Positions 58,826 through 64,000 of a stretch of DNA of 64,000 bases are shown in pieces. The notes under the pieces were generated by a model. The model was not told the origin of the DNA. It did no database searches and saw only the letters and a program-made list of their open reading frames with translations. The position numbers and the translations under genes were made by a program. Numbering within the stretch: the stretch's first letter is position 1; every line of letters starts with the position of its first letter. Source of the DNA: Ichthyobacteriaceae bacterium (lineage in GTDB: Bacteria; Bacteroidota; Bacteroidia; Flavobacteriales; Ichthyobacteriaceae); the NCBI GenBank assembly GCA_965226285.1, contig CBDDCQ010000001.1, positions 119,916 to 183,915 on the forward strand. Reading direction: 5' to 3'.

Positions 58826-60835
58826 ATGAACACTAACATTTTAAAATTTCAAAAAGAGATAGAAGCGGGCATACCTGCAACTTTACCTGCTAAAAAAAAA
58901 TATCCCAAAGGAAGTAACCCTGCACCTAAGAGAAAAGATATACTCAACACTGATGAAAAGAAGTTAGCTGTCCAAAATGCTTTGCGTTATTTCCCAAAGT
59001 TATGGCATAGGGAGTTAGCGGAGGAATTTGCCTTTGAGCTCAAAGAATATGGCAGAATATATATGCACCGTTTTAAGCCGTCTTATCAAATATATGCTCG
59101 ACCTTTAGAATATTATCCCTATAAATCTATACAAGCAGGTGCTATTATGTTAATGATACAAAATAATTTAGACCCTGAAGTAGCACAACACCCTGAAGAA
59201 TTAATCACCTACGGTGGTAATGGTGCTGTGTTTCAAAATTGGGCTCAATATTTGCTTACTATGCAATACCTGAGTGAGATGACAAACGAACAAACTCTAC
59301 ATATCTATTCAGGACATCCTGCAGGTCTATTCCCGTCTCACAAAGAAGCTCCTAGGGTGGTAGTAACTAATGGTATGATGATACCTAACTATTCACAATC
59401 AGATAATTGGGAAAAATTTAACGCACTGGGAGTAACACAATATGGACAAATGACAGCGGGGTCGTATATGTATATCGGACCTCAAGGGATAGTGCACGGT
59501 ACTACTATTACTGTGATAAATGCCTTTAGGAAAAATTTACTTCAAGGAGAAACAACAAAGGGTAAAATATTCTTAACTGCTGGGCTAGGTGGGATGAGTG
59601 GAGCTCAACCTAAAGCCGGAAACATTGCTAAATGTATTACGGTATGTGCTGAAGTAAACCCAGAAGTAGCAAAAAAAAGACATCAGCAAGGCTGGATAGA
59701 TGAAATCATAGAGAATATAGAAGATGTTGTAGAGCGAACACTAAAGGCTCAACAGAATAAAGAAGTAGTTTCTATAGGGTATATAGGTAATATAGTAGAA
59801 GTATGGGAACGTTTTTATGATGAAAATATTTTTGTGCATTTAGGTTCAGACCAAACATCACTACATAATCCTTGGGCAGGTGGATATTACCCTGTAGGAT
59901 TATCTTACGAAGAATCCAATAAAATGATGGCAAATCGACCAAAAAAATTCAAGGAAAAAGTACAAGAATCTTTACGTCGGCAAGCTACAGCGATAAATAA
60001 ACACACGCAAAGAGGTACTTATTTTTTTGACTATGGCAATGCGTTTTTATTGGAAGCCTCAAGATCAGGAGGCGATGTAATGGCAGATAATGGTATAGAT
60101 TTTAAGTATCCATCCTATGTACAAGACATCTTAGGTCCTATGTGTTTTGATTATGGTTTTGGACCTTTTCGATGGGTGTGTACTTCAGGAAAACCAGAAG
60201 ATTTATATGCTACGGATAAAATTGCCATGCAAGTGTTACAAGAAATTATGGAAGCCTCTCCAAAGGAAATTCAATTGCAAATGCAAGATAATATCAACTG
60301 GATAAAAGATGCCCATCAGAACAATTTAGTGGTAGGTTCACAAGCTCGAATTTTATACGCTGATGCCGAAGGTAGAATTAAAATAGCAGAAGCATTTAAT
60401 CGAGCTATCGCTCAGGGAAAAATTGGAAGTGTGGTGTTAGGTAGAGATCATCACGATGTAAGCGGTACAGACTCCCCTTACAGAGAAACGAGCAATATAT
60501 ACGATGGTAGTAAATTTACTGCTGATATGGCGATACAAAATGTAATAGGCGATAGTTTTAGAGGTGCTACATGGGTATCTATACACAACGGTGGTGGCGT
60601 AGGTTGGGGTGAAGTGATCAACGGTGGTTTTGGAATGCTTTTAGATGGAACTAAAGAAGCTTCTGTAAGACTTAAAAATATGTTGTTTTACGATGTAAAT
60701 AATGGGATTAACCGTAGAGCATGGGCAAGAAATAAGGAAGCCTTATTTGCCATTAAAAGAGAAATGGAAAGAACTCCTACTCTTAAAGTAACATTACCTC
60801 AAGTAGTAGATAAGCATATCTTGGAAAGTCTTTAA
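58826..60835 (+). CDS. hutU: Urocanate hydratase
   Basis: 669 aa. Conserved segments are TYGGNGAVFQNWAQY, GLGGMSGAQPKA and GRDHHDVSGTDSPYRETS. Confidence 0.95.
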   Translation: MNTNILKFQKEIEAGIPATLPAKKKYPKGSNPAPKRKDILNTDEKKLAVQNALRYFPKLWHRELAEEFAFELKEYGRIYMHRFKPSYQIYARPLEYYPYKSIQAGAIMLMIQNNLDPEVAQHPEELITYGGNGAVFQNWAQYLLTMQYLSEMTNEQTLHIYSGHPAGLFPSHKEAPRVVVTNGMMIPNYSQSDNWEKFNALGVTQYGQMTAGSYMYIGPQGIVHGTTITVINAFRKNLLQGETTKGKIFLTAGLGGMSGAQPKAGNIAKCITVCAEVNPEVAKKRHQQGWIDEIIENIEDVVERTLKAQQNKEVVSIGYIGNIVEVWERFYDENIFVHLGSDQTSLHNPWAGGYYPVGLSYEESNKMMANRPKKFKEKVQESLRRQATAINKHTQRGTYFFDYGNAFLLEASRSGGDVMADNGIDFKYPSYVQDILGPMCFDYGFGPFRWVCTSGKPEDLYATDKIAMQVLQEIMEASPKEIQLQMQDNINWIKDAHQNNLVVGSQARILYADAEGRIKIAEAFNRAIAQGKIGSVVLGRDHHDVSGTDSPYRETSNIYDGSKFTADMAIQNVIGDSFRGATWVSIHNGGGVGWGEVINGGFGMLLDGTKEASVRLKNMLFYDVNNGINRRAWARNKEALFAIKREMERTPTLKVTLPQVVDKHILESL

Positions 60836-60965
60836 ATATCAATAGTCGATATGATGATTAAGAATTTAAATATTTAAAGAGAACATTTTACAAAAAATTT
60901 CATAAAATAAGACCGTTGCAAAGGAAATACTTGTAAACTTGGATAATCTATCATTTTTAAGAAGT

Positions 60966-61955
60966 TTAAATCAATTTATTTTCAATAAGGTATTCGGCAA
61001 TTTGTATTGTATTGGTAGCCGCTCCTTTTCGTAGATTATCTGCTACAATCCATATATTTAGCGTGTTCTTTTGAGAGAAATCTCGTCTTATTCTTCCTAC
61101 AAATACTTCGTCTTTTCCCTCTGCATATATAGGCATAGGGTATTTATTATTTTGTATATCATCTTGAACAAGAACTCCGGGAGTGTTTTGTAATAGTTCT
61201 TTTACCTGATGGATGTCAAATTCATTTTCAAATTCAATATTTACACTTTCGGAGTGTCCTCCTACTACAGGTATTCTAACAGCAGTAGCAGTTACATTTA
61301 CAGTGTCATCTCGTAGTATTTTTTTCGTCTCATTAGTGAGTTTCATCTCTTCTTTGGTGTATCTATTATCTTGGAATACATCGCAGTGTGGGAGTGCATT
61401 TTTATGGATGGGATGAGGGTAAATTTTTTCATTGGTTCTTCCATTAAACTCTGCTTCTAATTGTTTTACAGCTTGTATTCCCGTACCAGTAACAGATTGA
61501 TAAGTAGATACAATTACCCTTTTAGCTTTATATTTTTGATGCAGTGGTGCCAGTACCATCACTAGTTGAATGGTACTACAATTGGGGTTTGCAATAATCT
61601 TATCTTCTTTGTTAAGAAGATTTGCATTAATCTCAGGAACTACTAATTTTTTTGTAACATCCATTCTCCAAGCAGATGAATTATCTACTACGGTAGTACC
61701 TATTTTCGCAAATTTAGGAGCCCATTCTAATGAAGTGTCTCCACCAGCAGAAAATAAAGCAATGTTGGGTTTATCGTTTAACGCGCTCTGAAGTCCTACC
61801 ACTGTTAGTATCTTTCCATCATAAGATACTTCTTTGCCGATTGATCTTTCAGAGGCGACAAGTAAGAGTTCATCGGCAGGGAAATTTCGATCGTTTAGAA
61901 CTTTCAGCATTATATTTCCCACCATTCCGGTAGCACCCACTACAGCTATTTTCAT
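60966..61955 (-). CDS. asd: Aspartate-semialdehyde dehydrogenase
   Basis: 329 aa with an NAD(P) fold VVGATGMVG and the active-site motif IIANPNCSTIQ. Confidence 0.95.
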   Translation of the reverse strand: MKIAVVGATGMVGNIMLKVLNDRNFPADELLLVASERSIGKEVSYDGKILTVVGLQSALNDKPNIALFSAGGDTSLEWAPKFAKIGTTVVDNSSAWRMDVTKKLVVPEINANLLNKEDKIIANPNCSTIQLVMVLAPLHQKYKAKRVIVSTYQSVTGTGIQAVKQLEAEFNGRTNEKIYPHPIHKNALPHCDVFQDNRYTKEEMKLTNETKKILRDDTVNVTATAVRIPVVGGHSESVNIEFENEFDIHQVKELLQNTPGVLVQDDIQNNKYPMPIYAEGKDEVFVGRIRRDFSQKNTLNIWIVADNLRKGAATNTIQIAEYLIENKLI

Positions 61956-62165
61956 GACTTAAAAAATGAATTAATATTATGAATAGGCAAAAATAACTAA
62001 TTTTAATAATTTCTTATAAAAGAGGATGAATTTTATAATGTTTTTCATCGATGAGTAAAAAGATGAATGCTCCTATCTGTTGAGAATTACACAGGTCTAT
62101 AAAAGGCAGAATATAAAAAGTTAAACTTATATTTGGATTCATTTATGATTTAGCAAAAATATTTT

Positions 62166-62173
62166 TAATTTTG
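62166..62173 (+). promoter_or_regulatory. Candidate -7 box for serC
   Basis: TAatTTTG lies 28 nt upstream of ATG 62201. Confidence 0.35.
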
Positions 62174-62200
62174 TAGTCGGAATGTATTTTAATTTTTTAA

Positions 62201-63250
62201 ATGGAAAAATATAACTTTAGTGCGGGTCCTTCTATTCTTCCACAGGAGGTAATTCAAAAAGCGAGTGCTGCAATACTTAATTTTTCGGAGATAGGTTTGT
62301 CTATCTTGGAAATATCACACCGAAGGAAAGAGTATGTAAAGGTGGTAGAAAGAGCTAAAGATTTAGTAAAAGAATTATTAGAAATCCCACAGGGGTATTC
62401 TATCTTGTTTTTGCAAGGAGGGGCTAGCACTCAATTTTTAATGGTACCCGTTAACTTTTTAAACCGGTCGGCGGCATATTTAGATACAGGTACTTGGGCA
62501 AGTAAAGCCATTAAAGAGGCTAAATGTTATGGAAAAGTAAATGTAGTGGCTTCATCTAAAGATAAAAATTATAGTTATATCTCAAAAAACTACTCTATAC
62601 CTAATGGTGTAGATTATTTTCATATTACAACTAATAATACCATATATGGTACTCAAATCAAAGAGGTGCCAAATGTAGAGGTGCCACTTATAGCAGATAT
62701 GTCTTCGGATATATTTAGTAAACCTATAGACATATCTAAATATGCTCTTGTTTATGCAGGTGCACAAAAAAATTTAGGACCTGCAGGAGCTACTCTGGTA
62801 ATTGTAAAAGATGAATTACTAAGTAAGGTAGATAGACAAATTCCAACAATGTTGGACTATCAAACGCATATAGATAAAGGCAGTATGTTTAATACTCCTC
62901 CGGTATTTTCAATATATGTATCTATGCTTAATTTAGAATATACTAAGAAGATAGGAGGACTTAAAGAAATAGAGAAGAAAAACAACAAAAAAGCTGCATT
63001 GCTTTATAATGAAATAGATAAAAACCCGTTATTCAAAGGTACAGTAGTTAAAGAAGATCGTTCGCTAATGAATGTATGTTTTTTACTTACAGATACTCTC
63101 TTAAAAGATAAATTTGATTCAATGTGTAAAGAAGCTGGTATTAGCGGTATAAAAGGGCATCGTTCAGTAGGAGGATATAGAGCTTCTATATATAATGCCA
63201 TGCCTATAGAGAGTGTACAAGTTCTTGTAGATGTGATGAGCGCATTATAG
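62201..63250 (+). CDS. serC: Phosphoserine aminotransferase
   Basis: 349 aa. It has NFSAGPSILPQEV and the PLP-lysine motif YAGAQKNLGPAG. Confidence 0.95.
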   Translation: MEKYNFSAGPSILPQEVIQKASAAILNFSEIGLSILEISHRRKEYVKVVERAKDLVKELLEIPQGYSILFLQGGASTQFLMVPVNFLNRSAAYLDTGTWASKAIKEAKCYGKVNVVASSKDKNYSYISKNYSIPNGVDYFHITTNNTIYGTQIKEVPNVEVPLIADMSSDIFSKPIDISKYALVYAGAQKNLGPAGATLVIVKDELLSKVDRQIPTMLDYQTHIDKGSMFNTPPVFSIYVSMLNLEYTKKIGGLKEIEKKNNKKAALLYNEIDKNPLFKGTVVKEDRSLMNVCFLLTDTLLKDKFDSMCKEAGISGIKGHRSVGGYRASIYNAMPIESVQVLVDVMSAL

Positions 63251-63366
63251 GTTTAATTTGAAATCAATCATTAGAAAAATAAGTAGAGTTTGAGTAACGT
63301 AATAAAAATAGTATTTTTGTTTCTCTAAATTTTTTGGATTGTATTTTGGTAGTAAAAAAAAGTTCA

Positions 63367-64000
63367 ATGAATATATTAGCAAATGATGGTATATCGAATA
63401 GTGGCAAGATATACTTAGAACAAAATGGGTTTAATGTTATTACAGATACCATTCCGCAGGATAATTTGATAGATTATATTAATGATAATCATATAAAGGT
63501 TTTACTGGTTAGGAGTGCCACACAGGTAAGAAAAAATATTATAGATGCCTGTTGTTATAGCCTCAAAATTATAGGTAGGGGTGGAGTAGGAATGGACAAT
63601 ATAGATGTAGATTATGCCATAGCTAAGGGTATAGAGGTAATCAATACTCCTTCAGCGTCATCGTCTTCTGTAGCGGAATTGGTATTTGCCCATTTATTTT
63701 CTTTGGTTCGCTTTCTACATGATTCCAATAGGAATATGCCTTTAGAAGGAGATGTGAATTTTAAGGGGTTGAAAAAGAGATATACCAAAGGTAGAGAGCT
63801 TAGAAGAAAGACAATAGGAATTATAGGAGCTGGGAGGATAGGTCAGGAAGTTGCTAAAATAGCAGTAGGTTTGGGTATGCAAGTTTTGATTTACGATATG
63901 TTTATAGATAAGGTAAAGTTTGATTTTGAATTTTTTAATGGACAGAAAATACCCTTTGAATTTAAAACAGTTCCCATAGAAGAGGTACTCAAACAGTCAG
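63367..64000 (+). CDS. serA: D-3-phosphoglycerate dehydrogenase, N-terminal part (runs off the window)
   Basis: The frame is open from ATG 63367 to the window end. It shows 2-hydroxyacid dehydrogenase motifs IGRGGVGMDNIDV and GIIGAGRIGQEVA, and it follows serC. Confidence 0.85.
   Translation, partial: MNILANDGISNSGKIYLEQNGFNVITDTIPQDNLIDYINDNHIKVLLVRSATQVRKNIIDACCYSLKIIGRGGVGMDNIDVDYAIAKGIEVINTPSASSSSVAELVFAHLFSLVRFLHDSNRNMPLEGDVNFKGLKKRYTKGRELRRKTIGIIGAGRIGQEVAKIAVGLGMQVLIYDMFIDKVKFDFEFFNGQKIPFEFKTVPIEEVLKQS

Overview
AT-rich Bacteroidota (Flavobacteriia-like) chromosomal segment. Ordinary housekeeping genes surround a very large type II-C CRISPR-Cas locus: rpoN, recN, comEC, a tRNA, recG, an FKBP isomerase, skp, bamA, a cyoE/cytochrome oxidase/SCO cluster, hutH, hutU, asd, serC and serA. 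The main array (23336-31871) has 112 copies of a 46-nt repeat and 111 spacers by hand count. cas2-cas1-cas9 lie next to it on the minus strand.

The main unusual points are:
- A roughly 5-kb tandem duplication gives a second, diverged cas9 paralog. It carries a 3' frameshift and an in-frame 198-bp internal duplication.
- There are three tracrRNA genes. Two come from a nested 256-bp duplication.
- A cyoE fragment sits at the duplication junction.
- The tracrRNA orientation implies crRNAs are made from the plus strand, converging on the cas operon. Every repeat contains a near-perfect Bacteroidetes -33/-7 promoter.
- Eleven consecutive spacers are 34-38 nt long in an otherwise 28-33-nt array.
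- A GT2 glycosyltransferase gene lies between the main array and a decayed 3-repeat remnant.

Outside the CRISPR region:
- Three paralogous giant modular surface proteins are present. Two form a tandem pair between hutH and hutU, and both lack an in-frame start codon for their lipoprotein signal peptide.
- A solitary GIY-YIG/DUF4357 nuclease-like gene is present.
- A fragmented gene sits next to the tRNA.

I recognised no transposase, integrase or prophage genes. Family assignments come from motif recognition by eye, and no database search was possible.
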